Notes: generated by a model not told the origin, from the sequence alone. Shown: positions 50,016 to 62,362, numbered from the whole stretch's first letter. The stretch: DNA of 62,543 nucleotides, filler included, from Sphacelaria rigidula (GCA_964200075.2; 10 parts of 10 records of this genome joined end to end with filler, not necessarily neighbours in it), one strand, 5' to 3'. Translations and numbers: made by a program.

Positions 50016-50115
50016 NNNNNNNNNNNNNNNNNNNNNNNNNNNNNNNNNNNNNNNNNNNNTTAATTAATTAANNNNNNNNNNNNNNNNNNNNNNNNNNNNN
50101 NNNNNNNNNNNNNNN
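50016..50115. other. Artificial contig linker
   Basis: N44-TTAATTAATTAA-N44. Confidence 0.97.
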
Positions 50116-50401
50116 CCCTGCCCTTCCTTGGGATGAATCCGTGGTCTCAAGGGATCAACCCATCTCTCCCCCGGTACGTGCCTTTCATTTTGATCTCGCG
50201 GATTGGATCAGCACCCCCGCACCCCGTCAACTCACGTCACACGAACCCTGTCGAGTATTTTTGTTTACTCATGTTCTCACGCTTTCCACGGTAGAAATCA
50301 TACATGACGAAGAAAAAAACCCAACGCATCGGGAATCGAACCCCCGTTTTCTCCACCCTGATGGCGACAGTCGGACCATTACACCACCGGAACGCGGCGG
50401 C
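50116..50401 (-). mobile_element. tRNA-derived SINE-like element, same family as 40218-40575
   Basis: Reverse complement aligns throughout; A and B boxes retained; lacks the internal duplication. Confidence 0.8.
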
Positions 50402-51344
50402 ACTACCCTGCGCTACTGCAGAGCGAGGGTGATGGGCAATGGAAGACGGTCAACTGTACGTAAGCGCATAACTGACCGAGAAAAGAGACCGCACAAAACA
50501 CATGGCGACGGAAATACAACGACGCACGGGACACCTGAACTCGCGGCTTTTCCCCTCACATGCATTCAGGTCCTCCGCGTCCACGTTTACTAGTGTATGA
50601 CTGATGCGCGTACACGCACACACATGTGGAACGATATCTGATGATGGATGGATTGATTGCTGGATTGTCTAGCATGCGGTGACATCCAAGGAATCTATTC
50701 ATGATCTCCAGATGGACGTACCCCAGGTAAACAAAAAACGGAAGCAGTTGCGGAAGAAAGCTCGAGAAAGTAATAAGATGGAATAATCAGAACAAACGGA
50801 GTAAACTGAAACACAAAAACAGGAAACAAAACAAGAAGCACAAACGACAGAGAGGGAAGAGGGAAAAAATGAAATAGCAGACGCGCAAGAAAAACCGGTC
50901 CCAATAAAAATTATTCAACAAAAACTGGCCGGCCCGTCCGGCATGGCCTCATGGAAAACGAATCCGTGCGCGAAAAAAAAGCAACACACACAAACAACAC
51001 AACAAAAAAATAAACGAAAAAGCCGCGGAAGCAGGTGCCGGCTCAGCTAGATAGGAGCCACTTTACTTGGTCGTAGACCCTCACCCACGAGTTGACACAC
51101 CGGAAGACAAAAACAGTCACTCGATTGAAAATTAATACAAAATAGAGCGATGGAATTCAAGGACCAAGCAGAACTCAAGACATCAAGAAAACCCGTGCGT
51201 ATGGACACAAATTTGACACGTGCGCACGTGTTTTCGTGTTGCTCGTGAACAAAATGGAATAAGACAGAAATGCTATCCCCTTATCCGGGGAAAGAGGGAA
51301 AACTAATCTACTTCGACGTCGTTGTGTTTTAAGAGAATACTCAC

Positions 51345-52045
51345 GTCCTCGCCACTCCCCTCTCCGCTGCCGCCACCACCGCCCCGACCTGTCCCTCTGC
51401 CCCCGTCGACGCCGCTGCTCTGCCCGATTTCCGCCACCGTCCCCAACCTCTGGCCGAGCATGGCACTCTTCGTTTATCCGATGCGCTCAAGTGGGCCGCC
51501 ATCGAAGGCTCCATGGCCGCCGCCTCCACCTTCCGCACCTTCAACTCTCGCGCCACCAACCGGGGAACTAAGCGAACCAAGGGATCAAGAGGGGACGAGA
51601 CCCTCACCGCTCGATGCAATGCCGCCGTTTGTCACCAAGAGACGTATTGTAGAAACAGGTGGTCTTTGCGTCGTTGATGTTCGCAAACGTTGGACTAAGC
51701 GGCCTGGGCGCACCCACGCTGCCTCCAGCTCCCCCGGCCCGACCGGGTACAACGTCGCTGACGCCATACCGCCGCCGCCGCCCCCGGCTCCACTGGTGCC
51801 CCTGGCACTGGTGCCGCCGAGGCCGTCGACACAATTTCGCCCGCGTTGGCGCCGGTGTCATCTCTGCCCGCAGTGCTGGCAGCGACGGCGGCGGCCGCGG
51901 CAGTGTTATCGGCTGCTAATATAGGCTAGTGCTGGAGCTGGTGCTCCTGTAGTTGTAGCCGCGCTTGATGGCCAATGTTCGATGACTGCCTTTGGATGCC
52001 ACCCGTGGGCGGTGAAGGGCGAGAAGGGACACCCTGATCTCCAGC
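51345..52045 (-). pseudogene. Decayed G/A-rich low-complexity exon
   Basis: cgtacag| acceptor and |gtgagt donor flank a GC-rich coding-like segment with stops and frameshifts. Confidence 0.4.
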
Positions 52046-53777
52046 CTGTACGTTTCGCACGGTCAAGGGTATCACCGTTCAGTCCGAGCATGGTTTGGGG
52101 CTAGGTCGGTGGTGTATACGTACAGTAGGATGATTTTCACTCACAAGCGGAGTATCACCGCAGCAGGCAGATTCTAGCTTTTTCCAGTACCCTGGTCCCA
52201 CGTAGTGGCACAACAATGTGAGTGGGGAGTGAGAGCGACATAAACACGTGGGAGAAAGGCAACGGAACACTTCTTTAGTCCGGACTGCATCACTGATAAC
52301 CCCCCGTTATAACTCGTTGAACAATCACCTTCCTAGCGTAGATCATTTCTTGGCGTGTACCTCCATGCAGTGAACGATTCGAAATGTATCATGGAAGAAT
52401 AATATCATTGCGAGTTCTGGGGCCACACGGGAAACCTCGTATTCTACGGTTCGGTACACATGATGCGGTACGCTCTCGAACTTGACTGAAGAGCACAACA
52501 ATATGATACGTGCTGATTCGTATGGAACAGGGAACACAGCATGATTGTTCTTCGAAGGCAAACTTGAAGAAGGACATGTCGACATTCGTCGGGGTCAGAC
52601 AAGGCAGCAGTGGACATTCCCTGCGTGGTTGGGATGACCTCAGCAGTGGTCAAGAGATGGACCTACTGACGGTAGATTAACGGAAATATCCCCTGAAGGC
52701 AACTCTAGAAAAAGGAATTGTTGAAGAAAGGAGAAGACGAACAAAGCGAAATGAAAAATATAAAAAGGAAACAATAATCCCCCCCCTTTCGAAGCATGGT
52801 GATCATGCATGCCATAGTCACAAGACCATTGACCTCGCATCCCTACAAAGCCAGGACGGAGCACGCCGGGTTTTCGCCGGAGCAGGCATAAGGCAAGCAA
52901 CAAATGAGTACGCCCCTTATCGTAGCATGACTCAGAGATTGGGATGTACCCACTTGAAAATGGAGACGTGAAGCTTGAAATGACAGAATGATGTTGTGAC
53001 GTGAATTTCAGTTTTTAAAACGCCACCTTCAGTCTACAAAAACTTCCTGGGGGGTTGTACATCCGAGGCCATCATCTACCGTGCGTGCAGACGGTGGTAG
53101 TGGTCATCGTTTACGTTCTGTGCTTGTGCCACCTGCGGTGAACTAACACGTAATCTCGTCCAGGTACAGAATAGATGGGATGGCAACACACTTACACAGT
53201 AGCTACTGGTATAATGGGGGTCGAAACAATAGACGCATCAACCCTTACTTCAGCCGACCACAGTGGTGCAGTGTGCAGCAGTGCAGTTTGTGCCATACCG
53301 CTCACAAGAAACTCACGTGAGTCAGTGGTGCGGGAGCAACAGTCTCGGTACACAATGCTACAGAGTTCACAATCAGTGGCGGGCACGACGACTATGAAAC
53401 GCTACGAGTAGTCGATACAGCCAGTAGGGGCCATACCGTCCTATTTTATAGTAGTTACACGGCCGGTGAAAAGGCACTATGCTGTCAAGGGTCTGTCGGG
53501 GGTAGATGTTTTGGACACACAGCACCCCCCCCCCCCCCCCACCCGCAGAGATTTTTTCGAAAGTTGTCATGTTTTTTTCGTTTTTCTTCGAAGAATATCG
53601 TTCAAGAGATTGATCAAGAAACACCGACAAGAATAATTAGTATCTGGTGGGCTTTGCGAGATCCGTATGTTTGCTTCTGCTCCTTGCCCGCTCTGTCCCA
53701 ACGACCTCGGATGCCCTTTACACTTACACACATGTATGCGAACGAGGGCACGGTAGCGACAGCCTGTATCGAAAGTA

Positions 53778-54325
53778 CAGCAGTGGGGGGTCTAACTATT
53801 CATTTTTGCCATTTTGTGAATTTTTCGTAATTGGCGGTTTTCTTGGGCTCTTTTTGCTCGCCAACGCTGATCACATTGAGTATATGAAGGCATCATTAGT
53901 ATCCGCTCCACATTCCAAGAAACAAAAGTGATCTGTACTCAATATTGAGTGACTTATAGGCTGACCGGTCACCCGGGGTTCTGCAACGTTTCAGTCCAGA
54001 TTCTTACTCTTCGATATTTTTGATCAATCGAGCCTGTCCCAGTCATGTTCGTGAAGAAATATACGGTATTATTTTCTTCAAATTTTAGCTACCCATTGCA
54101 CTAGAGCCGAAAAACTGTATTTCACGGTCAATAACACCCTCCTGATAAAGGGTATTTCCTCGTATATCGATAACGACAACTGACACTAAGTTGAGCACTG
54201 TGTTTCGAGGGTGATCTATTTATTGTACCAGCATCTACCGACGCTAGCAATTTCGAGTTTCGTCGAAGAGTAGTATGCGAGGAAACCCGCGAAACACCCC
54301 TGAATAGTTAGACCGCCCACTACTG
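53778..54325 (+). mobile_element. Full-length 548-bp Tc1/mariner-type MITE with TA target duplication
   Basis: TA|CAGCAGTGGGGGGTCTAACTATT ... AATAGTTAGACCGCCCACTACTG|TA (23-bp TIR, 2 mismatches). Confidence 0.88.
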
Positions 54326-54574
54326 TAGCAACATCATCTCACGCCTCGCTAAACTTGCCCAGACCACTGGTAGGTACACGAGACACACGACACGGAACAT
54401 GATCCCATAAATGTAATCACGGTAAGTGATGGGCTTGGGGGGGGGCGTGTCCGCCATCTCAGCGGTCTCTATGTCAAGGATCTCTGTACACGGCAGCTGA
54501 CCGCATCCGCCAACGCCTCTGTTGCAGACGAGGGGACAGCAGGCTCGGTGCCCCCCCACCCCCCCTCGAAAACT

Positions 54575-55516
54575 AAATTTTTCGATCTTGGGGCCTACGT
54601 GTCTCGAAATCTCTTTTCGACAGACCCCGGGTAAAGGATGTACTCTTTGGATGTGGTGTATGTCTTTCCCAACGAACAAGGTCCTTGGTGTGCAGACCCA
54701 GCATTCCTGCCCTGTAGCTGACAAAAGTAGTGTAGTGCCATGCAAAGACGGTTTGGGCTGCGCTGAGGATTGCCTGAATTGCTGTACTGCTGTTGTTTTG
54801 TCCCGATCGGTATATGCTGCCCAAAGCGCATCATGGTGCGTTGGATGCGTAGTGTCGTTTAGGAAGTCAACAATGCGATGCGTGCCCACATCCATGACTT
54901 CTATGCCGTACTCGTCGTTGTACGGACACGGTTCGATCTACGCTGGAGATAGCCTAAGATGCTGTACTGCCGCTGGTCCGGTCTGTACAGAAGGTGGGTG
55001 GGGACAAAATTCTGTTGACACAATTGGAAAAATACGTGATGGCTGCGCAGCAATTATGTCTTCTTCGGGTGTTGTTGTTCAGGTGCATATAACTCCCATA
55101 TGTACAACTCCAACTTTATGCCATAGGAGTGTGCTTTCTAATCCCTGTTAAGAATTGCGGCAGGCTAAAAACCGCGATGGAATTTTCCCAAAATAATTTT
55201 TTCAACGGCTCTCGAGCACGCTGGGCAAGGTGGACCACTGGCCAAGGCAGTCTGCAGGAAGATTACTCGGGTGCACGCTAAGTTCTTGTTGTTAGTTCAC
55301 GGAGTAGGTAAGCTGATATTTTTTATTGACAACAGTGCACTCGTATTTACCTATCGCTCTGCCCAACGCTCCTCCACTCGTCTTACCGGACTCGATAGCT
55401 TGCGATGATACCCCGCTAAGACGGTGAGTGCAAAAGTGATCACGGGGCGGCTGGACGCAGCTGATTGTGTGATGTATTTCTTCATCAGACCCATGCTCGT
55501 ATTTGGTCCGACCCAT
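54575..55516 (-). pseudogene. Decayed ~310-codon reading frame of unknown family
   Basis: ORFs 55292-55531 and 54320-54895 share one frame and are separated by about five stops; protein-like composition. Confidence 0.35.
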
Positions 55517-56279
55517 GTTTGGTATGATCAAGCTTGATCAGACCTGCAGTCCCCTGACAATTTTTCCTAGAGCTCGGAAATGGTTTGTGTACCCATCAAC
55601 CAGTTGAATGGTTACGCGTAGCGCACTCATTGACTAGCTAGATGGTACGTAATGATTTGGCCATCGAGCGCGGCAGCCGCGAGCCCAAAACTCCCCCTCC
55701 CGGCAGAGGGGGCACCGCGGAGGGCCCCGCTGGAAGCGCCGTGCCGAGGGCGCGTTTTTACGCGATTTGGCTTCACGAGAGCTGAAAAATACTTTATACT
55801 GTAGATTTGGGCAAAAGTCTAAGGATTGTATGTAGCATACGTAGCCGGTGACGGCTTATAAAATGCCGGTAACGGTATATAAAGGTTTGAAACCATTATT
55901 CGAAATTTTCATATAACCATTACCATACTTATCATTACAATGATAATGGCCAGTTATAACTGGTATTATTTCCGAGCTCTAATTTTTCCAGTTCGAAACG
56001 ACTGCCAGATCTAGGAGTCTGGGAAGGCACAGTAATGAACACCTTCCAACCTCATGACAACCCACACCAATTCTTCAGAATAGTAGGGTTATATTCCTCC
56101 CCCTACTCGTAGCTGGTGACGCACCCATGAGGCAGTGTATAATAAGCTGTGGCTATCTCTGGAAGTAGCGATACCAGATAATAAAGCAACTCATTGCAGG
56201 CTGTCATCCACACGCAAGATAATCAGTAGGCTTCGGGTCAAACAATCTTAGCAGGATGCAGCTCACCCTTCGTGCGACT

Positions 56280-56379
56280 NNNNNNNNNNNNNNNNNNNNN
56301 NNNNNNNNNNNNNNNNNNNNNNNTTAATTAATTAANNNNNNNNNNNNNNNNNNNNNNNNNNNNNNNNNNNNNNNNNNNN
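56280..56379. other. Artificial contig linker
   Basis: N44-TTAATTAATTAA-N44. Confidence 0.97.
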
Positions 56380-56429
56380 GATTTTAATCCTTCGGGTTCT
56401 CATCCTCAATGAAAATCTCCATCCTCAAC

Positions 56430-56813
56430 ATAGATGGTCCGCTGTCTTTATCAGGAGGGTGTTTTTGACCGTAAAAACACAGTTTTTCGGCTCTAGTGGG
56501 CAATGAGTAGGGATAACTTGTAAAAACTAAAACTGTACATTTCTTCACAAATATGATCGGGGCAGGCTCGGTCGACCGAAAATACCGAACAGCAAGAATC
56601 TGGGCTGAAACGTGGCAGGATCCCCGAAGACCGGCTAGCCCGCAAGTCACTCAATATTGAGTACAGTTTTTTCCCTTGGAATATGGAGCGGATACAAGTA
56701 TCTCCAGATCCTCAATATGACAAGCGGTGGCAAGCGAAAAGAGCCCAAGAAAATCGCCAAATACGAAAAAATCACAAAATGCCAAAAAAGAATAGTTAGG
56801 CCGCCCACTACTG
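56430..56813 (-). mobile_element. Partial inverted copy of the 53778-54325 MITE
   Basis: TIR AATAGTTAGGCCGCCCACTACTG|TA at 56791-56815; internal alignment. Confidence 0.8.
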
Positions 56814-56829
56814 TACGATGTGGGCCCCT

Positions 56830-56856
56830 AAGCACGTGGTCCTCTCACGCATTACA
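56830..56856. repeat. Solitary TIR of the TTAGGG-carrying element
   Basis: TAAGCACGTGGTCCTCTCACGCATTACA. Confidence 0.75.
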
Positions 56857-56948
56857 AGCCTACCGAGGAACGGCGTCAAACGTGCACGCGAATGAAATGC
56901 AGCTGAACCAAGGACGACAATCATAGTGTCCCTCATTTTCCCTCTCAC

Positions 56949-57124
56949 CTTGTGGTTGATGTCGAGCCAACACTCGTCGTCCGCGCCTTCGAGGAAGTTG
57001 CCCACTGCCCCGTCCGGAAACATGTGCGCGTCATCTCGCCAGGTCTCAACGGTGCCGACGCTGATGTAGCAAACCACAGCCTTCCCCTGCCGGTGCAGGG
57101 TGTTTATCGCGTCTTGGTTGTAGT
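56949..57124 (-). CDS. GH114-like endo-alpha-1,4-polygalactosaminidase, exon 3; gene continues past the contig end
   Basis: ggtag|AC TAC...CAC AAG|gtgaga; (D)YNQDAINTLHRQGKAVVCYISVGTVETWRDDAHMFPDGAVGNFLEGADDECWLDINHK matches the GH114 N-terminal motif. Confidence 0.88.
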
Positions 57125-57417
57125 CTACCATACGGTCATGAAGCGCACACATCAGCCGGTGGGGGGGCAGGGAAGCACAAGTTCCCGGGATTTACTTGTA
57201 TGGTACATGTGAATGTTTGGCATAACACATACATAGGCAGCAAGCCTGCACCCGCGTCGACGACTACCGATTGAGAAGACACGCAGAAGGTGATACACTT
57301 ACAGTATATTCCCTCGCTACGTACTGGGATCAAGTGTCTGTAATAGAGTTAATGTATATCCGCTGCTGTCAAGAGTTACGGGCTTGACTCGCTTCACGGC
57401 GTAGGCGAAACTAACTG

Positions 57418-57628
57418 TGTAATGCATGAGAGGACCGCGTGCTAAGAGGACCGCGTCGGAATTTGAACATCCCCATGGTTAAGGTTAGGGTTAGGATTAG
57501 TGTTGGGGTTATGGTTAGGGGCGTGGTACCTGCGGGAACTGGCCCGATTGGTTTTGAAAAACATCGATCCTGAGGTGTTTTGAACTACGGCGCGGTTCTC
57601 TAAGCACGCGGTCCTCTCACGCATTACA
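57418..57628 (+). mobile_element. 211-bp TG...CA TIR element containing degenerate (TTAGGG)n
   Basis: ~37-bp TIRs TGTAATGC(G/A)TGAGAGGACCGCGTGCT.AGAG.ACCGC; telomere-like tract at 57477-57521. Confidence 0.85.
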
Positions 57629-58013
57629 AAACTCCCAGAGAAACGCTCAGAAAAATACATAATACGTGCAGGTTAGGGGTGACAACTACTGGATTCAGTT
57701 GCGGGCCTGAGCGTCCATACGTGCTCAGTCAAGGATTTGATATCGGCGATATTTTGTTCATGTTTGACAAGTGTCCACAGGGAAGGCTTCGAAGTTCGGT
57801 TCAAGGCAGCGGTAGAAGAGAGGCAGCAGGCGCCTACGCGCGCGCGTGGTGTGCAAATATATATATATGCTGAGCCACTGCGGAGATTGAGCGACCTGCC
57901 GAGATATGCTAGACTTTTTGCATGTTTGCTTCGTATTCAACAAGAAAATCCAATCAAGATACAAACCAATGTCTACGTCCAGAGCCAGAGACACAAATAT
58001 ATTTCGTAGTAGG

Positions 58014-58227
58014 TGTAATGCGTGAGAAGAGGACCGCGTGCTTAGAGGACCGGGCCATAGTTCAAAACACCCCAGGATCGACGTTTTTCAAAACCAATCG
58101 TGTCAGTCCCTGCAGGTACCACGTCCCTGACTATAACCCCAACACTAACCCTGACCCTGACCCTGAGCATGGGGATGTTCGAATCCCGATGCGGTCCTCT
58201 AAGCACGCGGTCCTCTCACGCATTACA
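58014..58227 (-). mobile_element. Inverted second copy of the TTAGGG-carrying TIR element
   Basis: Same TIRs; CCCTAA-like tract at 58125-58167; flanks GTAGG / GTCGG (possible 5-bp TSD). Confidence 0.85.
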
Positions 58228-58675
58228 GTCGGGAATTCCGCTGTACGTCATGGATTGAAACACACGGCTCACACTGCCAGAACACGCGACGTACTGTCAT
58301 GAGGGTTCACTCATCACCCACATCACAACAAGACCAGGCACGATAATATTCGGACACTAACTTGCCAGTGTCACCGATGCTGACTGTGGAAGACGCACGA
58401 GACCCACGTACCAAGATTGGTTTTCGATGCGTTCTGTTTTCACCGTGGACAACAGATTGCTTTGTCAAACAAGTAGTGTGTACTGTGTACAGTGTCGACT
58501 GTTGCGTCTATTGCAAAACGGTAGACAAAATATCCTGTACTCTACGCAGTATCCACTTCTTCTTGACAACGTTAATGTTTTGTCCAGGGTTTGGTTTTTT
58601 TCGTCAATTACCGAGAGGGGGCAAGACATGGACGAAAAGAGCCCCGGCCGATTGGGACCCCATCGAAACACTTAC

Positions 58676-58743
58676 CCATCTCGATGACCACGACGTCTAC
58701 ATCGGCGTCAGTTGCGACGGGCTGTCCCAGGTTGTAGTTCCAT
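58676..58743 (-). CDS. GH114-like gene, exon 2
   Basis: tacag|A TGG AAC...ATG G|gtaagt; (T)WNYNLGQPVATDADVDVVVIEM(D); phases 2 and 1 match both neighbouring exons. Confidence 0.88.
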
Positions 58744-58941
58744 CTGTATATACGGAAGACAGTTGTTGGAAGGGAGGGCAAGAAAGTCGATCTTGGTCCA
58801 GTGGTGAGATATATTCGAGAGGAAGCGAAACCGCATGTGGGTATTGACAATACATCGAAGTATTCGGTTTCGATTCATTTCATGAGGTACTGTATACTTT
58901 TCAACATGAACAACTGAGTGACGATGAGCTTGAAATCTCAC

Positions 58942-59408
58942 GTTTGCCCAACCATCGGAGTCCACCCAGGCGTCGGCTCCGCAGGCGTGTTGTTCTTCGC
59001 ACCCCGCCCTTTACTGTCCCTTCTAGCCTTCCTCCTGGCAGCGATTCTCGCCTTCCTCCTGGCAGCGATTCTCGCCCTCCTCCTCGCGGCCCTCCTCGCG
59101 GCAACTCTCTTGGCCTTCCTGGCCCGCTTCCTCCTCAGAGCGGCGGACGGGATCTTGCGAGTCTTTTTCTTGCGAGCGGATTTCTTAAACTTGGTGGTCT
59201 TCGCTCCGAGGTGGCGGGAATCGGCGCCCTGCCTCAGGTTCCTGTTCTCCCCTCGCGCCACCTCCGAGACAAGGGTCTCCTTCGTGATGTGGTGGGCATC
59301 GGGGGGCACGGTCAGCTCCTTCGTCACGTCTCTCGCCGCCTGCACGTGCATTGTCGTGCCAAACAAGGCGAGAGACACTGCCACTAAATCCCAGCACTTC
59401 ATCTTCAT
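58942..59408 (-). CDS. GH114-like gene, exon 1 (signal peptide, propeptide-like region, polybasic linker)
   Basis: MKMKCWDLVAVSLALFGTTMHVQA signal-like N-terminus; ends WTPMVGQ-AC|gtgaga. Confidence 0.85.
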
Positions 59409-62171
59409 GTTTTTTGTGTCGGGGTGTATTCACCTTTGAGTTGCGTAGTTTGTTGTGAAGCTGTGTATAACAGAATGTTAAGCTGAAGCGGTTGCTGTGT
59501 AGTTGTGATGTAGCTAGGGCAGGAAAAAAGTGTCAGGCGTGGGGGTGCTGTGCGTTTTCGGTGACGATCTACGCTGAACGATGGACGAAGCAGATATAAG
59601 TATCTCCCATACGGTGAGATCGGAGATCGGTAGATCATTCATCCATGTTTCACGTGCGTAGCGGATAGAATAAGTGGACGTCACCTAATGCGTGCGCTGA
59701 GAGGCCGGAGGTCCGAAGAACCATTAATTAGTTTATATTTCCAAACAACGTTTTCGTTAGATATTCTGCTCAGGGATATGAAGAGCGTCAGTGGCGAGCT
59801 ACTACAGCAATCATATTATCGGGCCTCGTACACGGGCATTTCGGAACTGGAACGATTGATGCACTAATTGATCGCTTTCGATCTCAATCGTATTCTTTAC
59901 TCTCGATCTCACGAAAACAATGCTATACGTACTCGACAGGGGGAACAGATAGATCCCATCTATCATCAGGGCGATCATCGGAAAAAATATCTGAACCAAC
60001 CCTGCTTTAAAAGTAGGAGGGCGGATGACCTCAAACTCGCGGTTCAAGATATACCCAGTCCCAATCTACTGTTTAACATGCCGGAAAATTGAGTTTGAGA
60101 CACTTCTTCTAACGGGAGGCGTTCTTAGATATCTAGTCTGTTGCTTTCAGATTCGTTCATATTTTCCCTCAACTTGTGATTTTTTTGCGGATTTCCAACA
60201 AAACAGTCCGGAAATCCAGGCCATCAAACGACGGCAGTAAAGAGCTTGCTTCGCGTGGCCGCTTTCCTTCAAAAGCCCTTCGTGCGTGTGAACCCAAGCG
60301 CTGCTCTGTTAACGATGTTGAATTGGTGAAGACGATGTCGAAAATCCCCGTCTCACTCCTACCGCATTTCTGTACAGAAAATTGCGCAACAAAAGGACAA
60401 TCTCATGGGATCAGGAATATAATCAAAATCGGGTAGAACCGCATAAAGATATTTTCCGAATATCCTAGCGTACAGGCGGTCTCTTTTTTTGTTGGATTTT
60501 TTCTTTTTTTCGTGCAAAATCTGTCTGACTAGGGACGGCAATATCAATCATCTCCGAGAATTTTGCATCCTCATAATAAGGCGAGTTCTTGTACGAGGGG
60601 ATTATTCCGTCTTTGAACATCTCCCTTTTTAGAAACGAACGCTGGTTGGCGGCTGCGATTTCACCCCCTCAAAAAATGTTGAAAAAATCCCGTTTGAAAG
60701 GGGGATTTTCGAAGGGGGATTTTTGGCCACCTCGAAGGGAGACATGCAGGTCCCGTTGACAGGAGCACAAGACGCCAAGGCTTGCCACACAACCCAATAC
60801 AATCAGAGCTCAACCTGACTGAGGTACGCCATGCCTTCACAAGTCAAACACACCCAGCTCGAGCCGTATCTGATCATCAGCTGAGCACGTTGCGCGTGAC
60901 CTTGCTCAAAACCGTTCGGATTCCAACGGGTAAACGATGTATTATGTTGTGTGAGCCGCGCGCACAGCACAAACGGTCAACGAAGTCTAGGGTTGTACAC
61001 CAACTTGAAAAATTGAGTTGGTTTCGTAATTTGATCATTGTCCCAAATCTTGGTGGGTAAATCATGATTATCTGATCATCAACAACAACCATTATTCATG
61101 GTGGATTACTTGATTATCATAAAATATCATGATCATTATTAGTCGGCTACTTTTCAAGTGACATCAGAGCAGCAAAGAGCACCCAATGAGTTGATGTTTC
61201 ATGCCACACGCGCACGCCAGTAGCGACATCGGCTTCCTGCACGAGAGCACATGAAACGCATCTCCTCTCTGTCTGGTATTGATAGAGAACACTATACTAC
61301 TACTCCCTACTACCACGGTGGTTCAAAATATTATCTGCTGCGGTTCACTCTTTATTTTGGGTGTCTTGAGATAGTACTGCTTGCAGGGCACCGTGCGGGA
61401 AGGGAATACAATGCATGCCTCTCATGAAAGATACGAGTGTTTGAGTGTTTCATCTCTGACGGGCGGTAATGGGTAATATAATAGTGGACAGGACGATGGT
61501 ACCGCACCAGTTCATCCGCCGCACTCGCAGGGTGACGTATTGCACATCTTCATGGCCAATGATAAGGGTTTTTCAGCACCATATAAGCGGACTGGTGCAT
61601 GATGCTTCGAGTGAACGTCTACTGTATATCACAGTCTATCACGTTACGATCACATCACAGGCAAAGCTACTGACGGCGCGACCTATTTGCAGGTGGGGTT
61701 TGCAAATAGGAGCGTACAGGTCGCGAACGCCTCCAGAACCAACCCACCATGAACCCAATTTCAAATCGAAATGCTGGGCACACGAAACAACGACCAGTCG
61801 CACTTCACAGCAGTCCACAGCCGGGGGGTAAAGAGAGCATCTTGTCGTAGGGCAGGAGACCACACACGCCCACGGCGATGAACTCTCTCGTCGATATTGA
61901 CGAGCAGACAATCGTCTTTTGTTCTTGGCCAGCCAAGCACCGCGCATATGCTCGATTGTATGGATGCCCTTACGACACGGACTGTATACAGTACCCATCA
62001 GCTGCTTTTGTATAAGGCACCACGCTCTCTGTACACTGTGGTTGTGTACTGTGCAGGTTATCCAGGTGGCAGCACGAGTGGTGGGAATTTTCCTGTATCG
62101 CACCGCTTGTCAACTGTTCGGAGCACTACAGGCCCTGTACAGTAGTACTCCTGTACTACTGGTGTCCGCTG

Positions 62172-62362
62172 TGTAATGCGTGAGAGGACCGCGTACTTAG
62201 AGGACCGCATCGGAATTTGAACACCCCTGAGCACCCCTGTGGTTAGGGTTAGGGTTAGGATCGATGTTTTTCAAAACCAAACGGGCCAGTGTAATGCGTG
62301 AGAGGACCGCGCGCTTAGAGGACCGCATCAGAATTTGAACATCCCCATGGGTAGGGTTAGGG
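62172..62362 (+). mobile_element. Two adjacent partial copies of the TTAGGG-carrying TIR element
   Basis: TIRs start at 62172 and 62290; GGTTAGGGTTAGGGTTAGG at 62241-62259. Confidence 0.8.

Noticed and set aside
54650..54925. Giant-virus MutS-HNH resemblance (YGIEV...CWVC...DIHHI)
   Set aside because: No Walker A/B or other MutS motifs upstream and no complete HNH pattern; probably coincidental.
9381..59408. Defence-island-like cluster of nuclease, LRR receptor and glycoside hydrolase
   Set aside because: These lie on different contigs joined artificially, so the co-location is an artefact.
62241..62362. True telomere or chromosome end
   Set aside because: Only 2-3 TTAGGG units, embedded in the TIR element.
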